A DNA stretch of 64,000 bases from an uncultured bacterium. Lineage in GTDB: Bacteria > Planctomycetota > UBA1135 > GCA-002686595. Of this stretch, positions 30,238-39,692 are shown piece after piece. The translations under genes were made by a program, and so were the position numbers. Within the stretch, counting starts at the first letter, position 1. Each line of letters begins with the position of its first letter. Where the stretch lies: the NCBI GenBank assembly GCA_943787795.1, contig CALSNU010000006.1, forward strand, positions 320,001-384,000, given 5' to 3'. The notes under the pieces are model-generated. The model was not told the origin of the DNA. It made no database searches and was given only the letters and a program-made list of their open reading frames with translations.

Positions 30238-30840
30238 GTGTACGAGTTCATCTCAGGCACCGTCTCGGACCGAACGCCGGCGAGCGTCGTGATCGACGCC
30301 GCCGGCGTTGGCTTTGAGTTGCTGGCCCCCATCGGCGCCGCGTTCCCCGAGGTCGGCGAGCAGGCAACGGCCTTCGTGCACCTCGTGGTCCGTGAGGACG
30401 CGCAGACCCTCTATGGGTTCGCTCGCCGTGAGGACCGGAACCTGTTCCGCGTGCTCCTGCGCGTGCGCGGCGTGGGTCCAAGCATGGCCCTCGGCATCCT
30501 CTCCGGGCTCGGACCGGCTGACCTGGTCGCGGCGGTGCAACGTGAGGATCTCGCGGCCTTCACCGCCATCAAGGGCGTCGGCAAGAAGACCGCAGAGCAG
30601 CTGATGCTCGACCTGCGGGACAAGACGCCGCTCCTCGCGAGCCTGGCCGGCGGTGCGGACGTGACTCCAGTCCAGGAGGCGCCAGCACCCGCCGAGGCCT
30701 CGGTCCATGCGGACGCCGTCTCGGCTCTGGTCTCGATCGGCTACTCGGACAAGGAAGCCGCCAAGGCCGTGGACAAGGCCCTCAAGCACCTGGAAGGCGC
30801 CGACCTCGAGGCCGTCGTGAAGGCAGCCATGCGCGGCTAG
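30238..30840 (+). CDS. ruvA: Holliday junction branch migration protein RuvA
   Basis: VREDAQTLYGF, VRGVGP, KGVGKKTA, ALVSIGY. Confidence 0.96.
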   Translation: MYEFISGTVSDRTPASVVIDAAGVGFELLAPIGAAFPEVGEQATAFVHLVVREDAQTLYGFARREDRNLFRVLLRVRGVGPSMALGILSGLGPADLVAAVQREDLAAFTAIKGVGKKTAEQLMLDLRDKTPLLASLAGGADVTPVQEAPAPAEASVHADAVSALVSIGYSDKEAAKAVDKALKHLEGADLEAVVKAAMRG

Positions 30841-30841
30841 C

Positions 30842-30884
30842 GCCCGCCTACCGCGTCAGGCCCGCCTACCGCGTCAGGCCCGCC
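30842..30884. repeat. 18-bp tandem duplication covering the stop of the minus-strand gene
   Basis: gcccgcctaccgcgtcag x2 plus partial copy. Confidence 0.8.
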
Positions 30885-33514
30885 GACCTCGCCTCACGCA
30901 GGGCGAGGGCACGGAGGTCTTCTGGCGCGGCGAGGTGCAGGCGATCAATCCAGCGCGCCCCGGCCCCGGGGAGGTCCGCCCACCCACCCCGCAGCGACTC
31001 CGCCTGCATGCGCTCGATGAGCCGGCGAAGAAGACGGCGGTAGGCTGCTCCATGGGGCGCGCCGCCCCCTCCGAAGTTCTGGTCTGCCGCGTCGAGCAGG
31101 TCGACCCACATCAGCCTGGGGTCCTCGAGCACGGCCAGGGCCACGAGTTGAGCGCGCTCCTCGAGCGCTTCGGCAATCCTCCCGCCCGAGAAGCCCTGCC
31201 CCGCCGCGAACGCGATCAAGCGCAGCACCCGCGGTGCCGTCAGCGGGTACCAGGCCTTGCGGTCGCAGAGGTGGGCCTCCTCGTGGGCCACGACGCCCTC
31301 GGTGAAGAGGTCCAGCGGAGGCACCACGGGGTCCCCTGGACTCCTGTCGCACATGACGGCGAGGCGCATCCTGTCGGCAGCGCCGAGAGCGGGCTGCAAC
31401 GACATGACTGGAGCCGGCGACGCCGCTGGCACGGCGAGGGCTCGGGCCAGGGCCCCCCGATCCGGCTCGCCCCCCGGCGCGCTGAAGGCCCTCAGCAGCG
31501 AGGCACAGTAGGCGCGCTCCAACGCGATCACCTCGAGGTCGATGTAGAACCCTTCGTGCAAGGCCGCCCCAGCGATCGCCCCGCCGCGCCGCGTGATGCG
31601 CCCGGGTACGTCCGCCCCCTGGCACCAGATGGCGACGCCCTCGAACGGGCGGCCGAGGTGCGCCCCGGCCCGAGGCTGCGCGTGAAGGCGCCTCAACACC
31701 GTGGCGTCCGGCCCTCCTTGACCCGCCCCCCGGCCCACGAGCGCGAAGCGCCCCATGGCCTCGAAGGCGGCGGCGAGCCCGGGAACCGGAGCCCCAGGCG
31801 CTCCTCTCCCCAGGCGCCCGTCTTCCTCGCTGAAGGAGGGGCCGGGATGAACGATGCTGCCGGCCGGTCCGTAGCTGATCACGGGGGATTCGAACCCGCC
31901 ATCGGGGAGGTCCAGCCAACCGCAGCGCTCGAGGATGCGGGCGACCTCGTCGTGCAGCTCCACCGCGCTCGTGATCCTCCCTCCGCTCGCCCCAGCCGAA
32001 GCGAACGCCGCCATGGCGTCCAGGCGCCGCCCGAGGTTCAAGAGCGCCCCCAGGGCGGCGCGGCCACGGAGCGCCGCGACCTCGAGGTCCCGGGCGCCCT
32101 CTGGATCCACCGGGGCGATGCTCCCGGCCCAGCCCACCGCCTCCGAGAACCAACCGGCCGCCAGCAGACGCTCCCCGACCTCGCGGCCTTCACGCTGACT
32201 GGGGGCCCCGACGCCCAATGCTCGCACGGCCTCCATGAGCGCCAGGAGTTCGGGGTCGAGCGGCGCCCCCGCGTCGTCCTTGAGCTCCGAGGGGAGGTCC
32301 GCGCACCAGGCATCGAGCACGCCCTCGAGCCCCGGGGGTGACTCGCCATCGGCGCCCCCGCCTCCCCCCTGAGGTCCTGCGTCCGACCGAGCGCCTCCTC
32401 CCCCAGCGGACGCCAGCGGCCCCCGTGAGCCGAAGGCCTCGACCAGCAACGTCCGCCAGCCGGTGCCCTTGGTGACCGGCCGCGCGCCACGTCGAAAGGC
32501 CTCCAGCAGCTCGGTGGCCGCGCGTCGGCTATCCCCCGAGAGGCGCGCCACGCCTTGCGCGAGGGCCAGCTCGATCTCCGCCCCCGAGATGAGCGGCTGG
32601 CCCACCGCGAGGAGCGCCTCCACGAGGTCCAGTCGCTCTCGATCCGTGAGCCATGGGGACGCGATCCACTCCGTGGCCTGTGCCACCCCCTCCGTCTGCT
32701 TCGCTCCCTCGGGACTCCCGAGCAGCAGCCGCGAGAGCAGCGATCCGACCATGGCCCGCTCCGGCTCTCGGAGGCTCAGTTCGCCAGTGACGGAGAGCGC
32801 GACGCGCAACACCTCGATGGCCTCCACCTCCCGCTTGCTCGCGTCGAGATAGGTCCCCAGGGACCAGGCGAACAGCGCCACCTCCGAAGGGTCCCTCGAC
32901 AAGGCCAGCGCCCGGCACCCGGCCGCGAGTGCCGCTTCCATCCGGAGGGCCCGTCGGGCGGCCCAGGCCTGGCCATGCCACGCCCAAGAGAAGCTGGGGT
33001 CTAGCGCTGCGGCTCGCTCGAACTGCGCCCTTGAACCCGATCCGCCGAGGCGCGCCGCCAGGTAGATCGCCCGGCTATCCTCCATCTCGGCGGCGGTCAG
33101 GTACGCGGCCAATCGATCCGGAAGTGTCAGGCTCGAGCGGTGATACCAGCGATCGAGGAAACGCTCGGGAGCCGCCCAGTCAGGGGCGAGGCGAGCTGCC
33201 AGCCGCGCCTGGTCCGCCGCGCGCTCGAATTCGACGCTGCCCATCGAGAAGCCGCTGGTCCGCGAGAGGGTCCACGCCTCAAGCATCGCGTCCGATGCGG
33301 CCTGGGGCACGGGCTCACGAGCCGTCACCGCCACTGGGGCGTGGCAGCCAGCAGCGACCAGTAGCGCCCCCGCCAGGAGCGCCGCCAGCCCCGGGCTGCG
33401 GGCCCAGCGGCTCCCGAAGACCCGCGGCTGCCCAGAGCGAAGGCCGACGCCGGACCCCGGCGCCGAGCGGGGGCTCCATTCCGCGGACCGCTCACGGACC
33501 TGTCGCGACGTCAC
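30866..33514 (-). CDS. large putative lipoprotein with TPR-like helices and C-terminal HExxH motif
   Basis: Lipobox-like VAAGC, FERAAALDPSFSWAW, VAHEEAHL...EERA; GTG start just after ribD stop. Confidence 0.6.
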   Translation of the reverse strand: MTSRQVRERSAEWSPRSAPGSGVGLRSGQPRVFGSRWARSPGLAALLAGALLVAAGCHAPVAVTAREPVPQAASDAMLEAWTLSRTSGFSMGSVEFERAADQARLAARLAPDWAAPERFLDRWYHRSSLTLPDRLAAYLTAAEMEDSRAIYLAARLGGSGSRAQFERAAALDPSFSWAWHGQAWAARRALRMEAALAAGCRALALSRDPSEVALFAWSLGTYLDASKREVEAIEVLRVALSVTGELSLREPERAMVGSLLSRLLLGSPEGAKQTEGVAQATEWIASPWLTDRERLDLVEALLAVGQPLISGAEIELALAQGVARLSGDSRRAATELLEAFRRGARPVTKGTGWRTLLVEAFGSRGPLASAGGGGARSDAGPQGGGGGADGESPPGLEGVLDAWCADLPSELKDDAGAPLDPELLALMEAVRALGVGAPSQREGREVGERLLAAGWFSEAVGWAGSIAPVDPEGARDLEVAALRGRAALGALLNLGRRLDAMAAFASAGASGGRITSAVELHDEVARILERCGWLDLPDGGFESPVISYGPAGSIVHPGPSFSEEDGRLGRGAPGAPVPGLAAAFEAMGRFALVGRGAGQGGPDATVLRRLHAQPRAGAHLGRPFEGVAIWCQGADVPGRITRRGGAIAGAALHEGFYIDLEVIALERAYCASLLRAFSAPGGEPDRGALARALAVPAASPAPVMSLQPALGAADRMRLAVMCDRSPGDPVVPPLDLFTEGVVAHEEAHLCDRKAWYPLTAPRVLRLIAFAAGQGFSGGRIAEALEERAQLVALAVLEDPRLMWVDLLDAADQNFGGGGAPHGAAYRRLLRRLIERMQAESLRGGWADLPGAGARWIDRLHLAAPEDLRALALREARSAGLTR

Positions 33515-33518
33515 AGGC

Positions 33519-34745
33519 TCAGCCGTTGAAGGCCTCGAGGACGGCGTCCCCACCGGACTCCCGGTGGAGGCGCTCCGAGAGAGGGGCTTCCACCAGCCAA
33601 CCCGCGAGCGACTCGCCCTCTCCGCCGCGGACGTCTCCGGTGTAGACGCGCACCTGATCGACGAACCCTGCCTCCAGGGCGTTCCGAAGGAGCGTCGGGC
33701 CGCTCTCGAGCATGACCCGCTGGTAGCCCTGCTCCCAGAGCCACCCCCAGGCGGCGCGGAGATCGAGCGACTGCCGCTTCGCCCCGCGCGCGGTGTGAAT
33801 CTCAGCGCCCGCGGCTTCAAGGGCGCGCCTGCGGATGGGGTCCCCGCCGGGGAGCGTGAGGATCTGCACCTTGCCGCCACGCTCCGCGCCCTCCAGCTCG
33901 CTGAACAGACGGGCATCAGGCGGGGTCCGCAGCCAAGAGTCGAGAACCACCCGGGCAGGCGCCGGCGAGTCCAGGTCCGATGGGGCCACGCCAGCGCGAT
34001 CGATGCCCTCTCCAAGCGGGAGGGTCTGCAGAGGATCACCGGGCACCGGGATCGTTGCCCGGCGCAGGGTCAGGCGAGGGTCATCCGCGATCACGGTCCC
34101 GACGCCGGTGACGATGGCGTCGACCCGGCCGCGCAGGAACTGGACCTCCTCAAGAGAGGCGCCGCCGGAGATCCAGCGACCCTCTCCCACGCCCTTGGGC
34201 GGGGAGAGCTGCCCCGTCAGCGTCTGGGCCCACTTCGCGATCGTCCAGGGATGCGGGCGACGCAGCCTGTCACGGTCGGTCCAGCGAAGAAAGTGGGGAG
34301 CCACCAGGTCCAGGGGCGCCGGGATCGGGTCCACCGAGACCTCAACGCCCGCCTCCTGAAGCTGCTCCAGCCCCACGCCACGGTGTCGCAGGTCAGGGTC
34401 CGAGGCGCCGACGACCACCCGCTGGATTCCCGCCTCCAGGATCGCCTGTACGCAGGGCCCGGTCTTCCCCGCAGAGCTGCAGGGCTCGAGCGTGACCACC
34501 ATGGTGTCCCACTGATCCCGGGGCACGCCGCTCTCATCTGCCCGCGCGATGGCGTCCACCTCGGCGTGGGGACCGCCCCAGACCCGATGGAAGCCTCGGC
34601 TGATCACCTTCCCGTTCGCGAGGATCGCAGCGCCCACGCACGGGTTGGGGGCCACCTCGAATCGGAACCGGCGGGCTTCCTCACCGAGGCCAGCGAGGAG
34701 CTCGCGGGCCTGGGCGGGGTCGATGGAAGGGGTCACTCCGTTCAT
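33519..34745 (-). CDS. ribD: bifunctional riboflavin biosynthesis deaminase/reductase
   Basis: [37 protein letters not shown]. Confidence 0.93.
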   Translation of the reverse strand: MNGVTPSIDPAQARELLAGLGEEARRFRFEVAPNPCVGAAILANGKVISRGFHRVWGGPHAEVDAIARADESGVPRDQWDTMVVTLEPCSSAGKTGPCVQAILEAGIQRVVVGASDPDLRHRGVGLEQLQEAGVEVSVDPIPAPLDLVAPHFLRWTDRDRLRRPHPWTIAKWAQTLTGQLSPPKGVGEGRWISGGASLEEVQFLRGRVDAIVTGVGTVIADDPRLTLRRATIPVPGDPLQTLPLGEGIDRAGVAPSDLDSPAPARVVLDSWLRTPPDARLFSELEGAERGGKVQILTLPGGDPIRRRALEAAGAEIHTARGAKRQSLDLRAAWGWLWEQGYQRVMLESGPTLLRNALEAGFVDQVRVYTGDVRGGEGESLAGWLVEAPLSERLHRESGGDAVLEAFNG

Positions 34746-34992
34746 GGCTTCGAGCGCACGGCTCTGCCCTGATCGTAGACCACCCGACGCGACATCCGAG
34801 CGGATCTCCAGCGTTCCATCGGAGCCAGAGGGCCGCCACCGCGCGTGTTTCCGGGATCGCGCTGCCCATGGGGCCGGACGGTCGGCAGACTTCTTGCCCT
34901 TGAATCCTCTCCTGGGGCCACCGGACGGGCCGCAAGCCGCTCCCCCAGGGTGTCCCCAATTGACGCGCGCGAAGCCAGCCCCACATCGATCC

Positions 34993-35988
34993 ATGTCTAA
35001 GAAGCCCATCCACGTCGCCGTCACCGGAGCGGCCGGTCAGATTGGTTACGCCCTGCTCCCCCGCATCGCCAGCGGACAGATGTTCGGGCCCGACCAGCCG
35101 GTCGTGCTCCGGATGATCGAGATCCCGCACGAGAAGGCCATGTCGGCGCTCTCGGGGGTCGCCATGGAGCTCGAGGACTGCGCCTTCCCGCTGCTGCAGG
35201 ACATGGTGCTGACGAGCGACCTCGACGAGGGCTTCAAGGACGCCAACTGGGCGCTGCTCGTGGGCGCCAAGCCGCGCGGCGCTGGCATGGAGCGTGGCGA
35301 CCTCATCAAGGAGAACGGCCCGATCTTCGTCGGGCAGGGCAAGGCCATCAACGACCACTCCTCGGACGACGTCCGCGTGGCCGTTGTTGGGAACCCCTGC
35401 AACACGAACGCGCTGATCGCCATGCACGCCGCGGCCGACGTGCCGAACGAGCGCTTCACCGCCATGACGCGCCTTGACCAGAACCGCGCGCAGAACCAGC
35501 TGGCCCGCAAGGCCGGGGTCGCCATCGACCAGGTCGAGAACATGCTCATCTGGGGCAACCACTCGGCCACGCAGGTCCCTGACTTCCGTAACACGACCAT
35601 CGGCGGCAAGCCCGCCCACGAGGTCATCACCGACCACGAGTGGCTCAAGGGCGACTTCTTCACCACCGTCCAGAAGCGAGGCGCAGCGATCATCGCCGCC
35701 CGCGGCCTCTCCAGCGCCGCCTCAGCGGCGAACGGCCTCATCGACCACGTCCGGGACCTTGTCGAGGCCACGCCCGACGGGCACTGGAACTCGGTGTGTG
35801 TCCCCTCGGACGGCAGCTACGGCGTGGCCGAGGGACTGATCTCGTCCTTCCCCGTCCGCAGCGACGGCGCGGGCGGCTACGAGATCGTTCAGGGCCTTGA
35901 CCTCGACGCCTTCCTGACCGAGAAGATCGCGGCCAGCGTCGCCGAGCTGCAGGGTGAGCGCGAGACGGTCTCTGACCTTCTCGGCTGA
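34993..35988 (+). CDS. mdh: malate dehydrogenase
   Basis: [35 protein letters not shown]. Confidence 0.97.
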   Translation: MSKKPIHVAVTGAAGQIGYALLPRIASGQMFGPDQPVVLRMIEIPHEKAMSALSGVAMELEDCAFPLLQDMVLTSDLDEGFKDANWALLVGAKPRGAGMERGDLIKENGPIFVGQGKAINDHSSDDVRVAVVGNPCNTNALIAMHAAADVPNERFTAMTRLDQNRAQNQLARKAGVAIDQVENMLIWGNHSATQVPDFRNTTIGGKPAHEVITDHEWLKGDFFTTVQKRGAAIIAARGLSSAASAANGLIDHVRDLVEATPDGHWNSVCVPSDGSYGVAEGLISSFPVRSDGAGGYEIVQGLDLDAFLTEKIAASVAELQGERETVSDLLG

Positions 35989-35994
35989 TCCTCG

Positions 35995-36105
35995 CAGCTG
36001 CCCCTGACAGCTGGCACTGAAGGCTGGCACTGACAGCTGGCTCTCCCTGCTGGCTTTCCCTGCTGGCTCTCCCTGCTGGTGCTCCCTGCTGGCGCTCCCT
36101 GCTGG
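35995..36105. repeat. intergenic 13-bp tandem array with GCTGG core (about 9 units)
   Basis: cagctggcactga, aggctggcactga, cagctggctctcc, ctgctggctttcc, ctgctggctctcc... Confidence 0.85.
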
Positions 36106-36182
36106 GCAGATCGAACCGCCGGCTCCATGCACTGGCACGAGGCCCTCACAGGGGCCCGTGCGTCCTGACAAAGATCCACGCC

Positions 36183-36842
36183 ATGAATCAGCACGACCAG
36201 GCCACCGAGGGCCCCGCGAGCATCAACCCCCGGTCTGCGGGCTGCATCCTTACCGCGGTGGCCGTCGTCGCCGCGGTCGTGGCCGCTTGGCTCGGAATGC
36301 GACTGCTGAAGGCCTCATCCGGCGACATGGCCCTGGCCGCAGCGCGGAACGGCGTCGCGACCTCCGGCCTGCAGACGGAGACCTGCACGCTCCTCGAGGC
36401 GCAGCTGGCCAGGGTTGAAGCCGCCCACCGCGATGAGCAGCTCTCGCCAGCCGAGGTCATCTCCGCCGTGAATGGCCTGCTCCAGACCCCGGCCCTCCCG
36501 GCGCTCCGACTGCGCCAGATCCTCCGCGTGGATCTCCCGGCGTCGACCCTCCCCGAGGCCCAGCGGGCAGAGGTGGGCGAGGCACTCGCCAACCTCTGGA
36601 GCGGACTCCTCCTGGAGGATGTCACCGCCGGCCAGGTCAGCGGCGCCCTCGGCCTCTCACCCGTGCCCGAGGGCCAGGTGGCCCCTCCCCTGGGCGACGA
36701 GGAGCTGCTCGGCATCCGGGCGCGCGCGCTGGAGGTCCGCCCCGAGCCGTGGGTGGGGAGCCTTGAGGGCTTCCGCCCGCTGCCGGATCCGGTGGAGGAC
36801 TTCCGCGCGCACGTGGACGCCATCCTGGCGTCGGACGGCTGA
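36183..36842 (+). CDS. hypothetical protein with N-terminal TM anchor
   Basis: Single hydrophobic segment, then helical domain; no recognisable motif. Confidence 0.6.
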   Translation: MNQHDQATEGPASINPRSAGCILTAVAVVAAVVAAWLGMRLLKASSGDMALAAARNGVATSGLQTETCTLLEAQLARVEAAHRDEQLSPAEVISAVNGLLQTPALPALRLRQILRVDLPASTLPEAQRAEVGEALANLWSGLLLEDVTAGQVSGALGLSPVPEGQVAPPLGDEELLGIRARALEVRPEPWVGSLEGFRPLPDPVEDFRAHVDAILASDG

Positions 36843-36895
36843 GTCCAGCGGGCGGCGCTTCGGACTCGACCCGGGGGGAGCTATCCTGGGGACTC

Positions 36896-37996
36896 ATGCG
36901 CTCCCTGCTCCCCGTGCTGACCTTCGGCGTCGGCCTCGTCGCCGTGAATCAGGCGATGGTCGCCCTGGCGCCGCTCCCGTCCGCCGCGGGGCTGCGGTCC
37001 AAGGTGGAGTTCGCCGTCGAGCACGCCGACGACTACGACGTCCTGTTCGTCGGATCGAGCGCCACCATGTACGGGCTACGGCCCGAGATCTTCAGCGAGG
37101 AACTGGAGCGCCTCGGTCACCCTGGAGTGCGCGCCTTCAACCTCGGCGTCGGTGGCATGGGGAGCTTCGAAGCCGCGCATGTCCTCAGGCGCGTCCTCGA
37201 AGAGAACCCCGCTCGACTCGCCTGGGTGCTCTACGAGGAGCCACTCTTCGACCCGCTCCTCTGGTACCCGGACGTCCACAACCCCCGCTACGTGCACTGG
37301 CACGATGGGCGCTCCACCCTCGACGCCATCGACGCGCTGCCCCTGGTGGACGCGCCACCTGGATACAAGGAGGCCGAGTACGCAGGCGACTGGCTCGGGC
37401 GCTTCGACTGGCGACTGGCGGTGGCCAAGGAGCACCTCGACCTCTGGTTCTGGCGCGCCTCCGCCCTCGGCCGCGGCCCCGAGATGACCGACGAACTCCT
37501 GGGACAGGGCGCGGCTCTTCTGCCTAGCCAGGGCGACCTCGAGGGTCACGACGGGTGGGTGAACATCGGGCAGGATGCGCAGCCGGGCGTCCGCGAGGCT
37601 CACGAGCGCTTCCTGGAGAGACGCGGCGAGTGGGCCCAGCGCCTCGCCGACATCAAGGCGACCGAGGCGGCCTCAGGCGACCTCGACGGCGGCTATGACC
37701 TTCCCTCGCTGGAGGCTCTGCTCGCAGACATCCGCGGCGCAGGAGCGGAGCCGCTCCTCTATGTGGCCCCCAGAGGCCTCGCGAGCCCTCAGATGGCCGC
37801 CCTCGCCGCCCGCGGCACCGCCGGTGAGGTGCTCCGCTTCCACCTGCCCGACCGCTACCCCGAGCTCAATCCGATCGACCTGCGCTGGGACTTCAGCCAC
37901 CTCAACGCCGAGGGCGCCGAGGTCTGGTCCAGGCTCTTCGCGCGGGAGTTCGCGCGGATTCTTGAGGCGAAGGGGGCCGCTGCGCGCAAGCGCTGA
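36896..37996 (+). CDS. exported SGNH/GDSL-like protein (AlgJ/DltD-like O-acyltransferase partner)
   Basis: FVGSS, FNLGVGG, DFSHLN (DxxH); upstream of MBOAT. Confidence 0.7.
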   Translation: MRSLLPVLTFGVGLVAVNQAMVALAPLPSAAGLRSKVEFAVEHADDYDVLFVGSSATMYGLRPEIFSEELERLGHPGVRAFNLGVGGMGSFEAAHVLRRVLEENPARLAWVLYEEPLFDPLLWYPDVHNPRYVHWHDGRSTLDAIDALPLVDAPPGYKEAEYAGDWLGRFDWRLAVAKEHLDLWFWRASALGRGPEMTDELLGQGAALLPSQGDLEGHDGWVNIGQDAQPGVREAHERFLERRGEWAQRLADIKATEAASGDLDGGYDLPSLEALLADIRGAGAEPLLYVAPRGLASPQMAALAARGTAGEVLRFHLPDRYPELNPIDLRWDFSHLNAEGAEVWSRLFAREFARILEAKGAAARKR

Positions 37997-38003
37997 CCCC
38001 ACC

Positions 38004-39407
38004 GTGCTCTTCGTGGAGTTCCGCTTCCTGGCCTTCTTCGGCCTCGTCCTCGCCATCAGCTGGGCCCTGCGCCGCAACGGCGCCAGGAAGGCCTTCCTCC
38101 TTCTCGCGAGCTACGCCTTCTACGCCGCGTGGGACTGGCGCTTCCTGGGGCTGATCCTCCTTTCCACCGCTGTGGACGGCGTGGCCGGTCGACGGATCCA
38201 CGAGGCAGGCGAGGACAAGGCGCGGCGGCGAGCCTGGCTCGGCCTGAGCCTGGTGGTGAACCTGGGCGTCCTGTTCACCTACAAGTACTTCGACTTCTTC
38301 GCGGGCTCCCTCAACGCCCTGCTGACCTGGCTGGGCGTCGGGTCGAGCCTGCCCGTGCTGGAACTCGTGCTCCCCGTGGGCATCAGCTTCTACACGTTTC
38401 AGACCCTCTCGTACTCCATCGACATCTACAGGCGGCAGCTCACTCCGGCGGAGCATCCCCTGGACCTCGCCCTGTTCGTCGCGTTCTTCCCCCAGCTCGT
38501 GGCGGGCCCCATCGTCCTCGCCAAGGAGTTCCTGCCTCAACTCACCCAGCAGGCGCGCTGGAGCTCCGTCAACGCACGCGCCGCCCTCGTCCTGTTCTTC
38601 GTGGGCTTCGTGAAGAAGTCCTGCTTCTCCGACGCACTGAGCCCCTACGTGGACGCCGTCCAGCTCGCCCCGGACGCCGTCAGCACGGCCGGCGCCTGGA
38701 TCAGCGCCGCCGCCTTTGCGGCGCAGATCTACTGCGACTTCTCCGGGTATACGGACATGGCCATCGCCTGCGCCGCACTCCTCGGCTACACGCTCCCGAC
38801 CAACTTCCGGGCGCCCTATCTCACGCGCAGTGTCGGGAGCTTCTGGACCCACTGGCATATCACCCTGGGCCGGTGGTTCCGCGAGTACCTGTACTTCCCC
38901 CTCGGAGGGAACCGGCGTGGTCCGGCGCGCAGCGCCCTGAACATCTTCATCGTCTTCCTCGTCTCCGGCCTCTGGCACGGCGCCGCATGGACCTTCGTCC
39001 TGTGGGGCTCGATCCACGGCACCTTCGTGGCCCTCGAGCGCACGCGCCTCGGCCGTCCGCTCGCACGACTCCCGATGATCCCGGCCCTGCTCTACGTCAA
39101 CCTCGTCTGGATGGTCAGCATGGTCATCTTCCGCGCGCCGGACCTCGACGGGGCCGCCGCGCTGCTCCGATCCATGTTCACCGGCGCGCCCGCGCTCGCG
39201 GACGACCTGGTGCCGATCCCCACCTGGATCGGACCGAGCCTCGCGGGCGCCTTCGCCATCCACGTGCTGTGGCAGCGCCTTGAGCTCTCTCGGCGCTGGG
39301 CGGCCCTGCCCGCGCCCCTCTTCGGGCTGACCCTCGGCGCGGCCGTGGCCCTGGCCCTGCCCTGGGTCACCGCGAACCCGGCTCCCTACATCTACTTCGC
39401 CTTCTGA
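38004..39407 (+). CDS. MBOAT family O-acyltransferase (AlgI-like)
   Basis: LPVGISFYTFQ, FFPQLVAGPI, QIYCDFSGY, WHITL, SGLWHGA. Confidence 0.93.
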   Translation: MLFVEFRFLAFFGLVLAISWALRRNGARKAFLLLASYAFYAAWDWRFLGLILLSTAVDGVAGRRIHEAGEDKARRRAWLGLSLVVNLGVLFTYKYFDFFAGSLNALLTWLGVGSSLPVLELVLPVGISFYTFQTLSYSIDIYRRQLTPAEHPLDLALFVAFFPQLVAGPIVLAKEFLPQLTQQARWSSVNARAALVLFFVGFVKKSCFSDALSPYVDAVQLAPDAVSTAGAWISAAAFAAQIYCDFSGYTDMAIACAALLGYTLPTNFRAPYLTRSVGSFWTHWHITLGRWFREYLYFPLGGNRRGPARSALNIFIVFLVSGLWHGAAWTFVLWGSIHGTFVALERTRLGRPLARLPMIPALLYVNLVWMVSMVIFRAPDLDGAAALLRSMFTGAPALADDLVPIPTWIGPSLAGAFAIHVLWQRLELSRRWAALPAPLFGLTLGAAVALALPWVTANPAPYIYFAF

Positions 39408-39416
39408 GCCGCGGGG

Positions 39417-39620
39417 CGCCCTATCGCCCTATCGCCCTATCGCCCTGTCGCCCTGTCGCCCTGTCGCCCTGTTGCCCGGTGACCCGGTGGCCCGGTGGCC
39501 CGGTCTCCCTGTCGCCCGGTCTCCCTGCCTTCCGGAAGCTTGCTGTCCCGGTCGCCAGGTCGCTCGTTCCCCGGTGACTCCGTGGCTCCGAAGCTTCGTG
39601 GCTCCGTGGCTCCGTGGCTC
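39417..39620. repeat. intergenic 8-bp-period degenerate tandem array
   Basis: cgccctat x3, cgccctgt x4, then (g/t)gcccggt variants, later ctccgtgg units; between convergent MBOAT and miaB. Confidence 0.85.
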
Positions 39621-39692
39621 AGGCTCTTCCCGAAGACGGGCTGCGGGACCGCGGGGTCCGCCCGCGCCGCGGGCCGCCTCGACGCATCAGAA

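Noticed and set aside
34746..34992. FMN riboswitch upstream of ribD
   Set aside because: Conserved RFN blocks not recognisable by eye.
35995..36105. Repeat arrays here and at 39417, 57555, 57757 as CRISPR
   Set aside because: Units are 8-16 bp, directly tandem, with no unique spacers and no cas genes.
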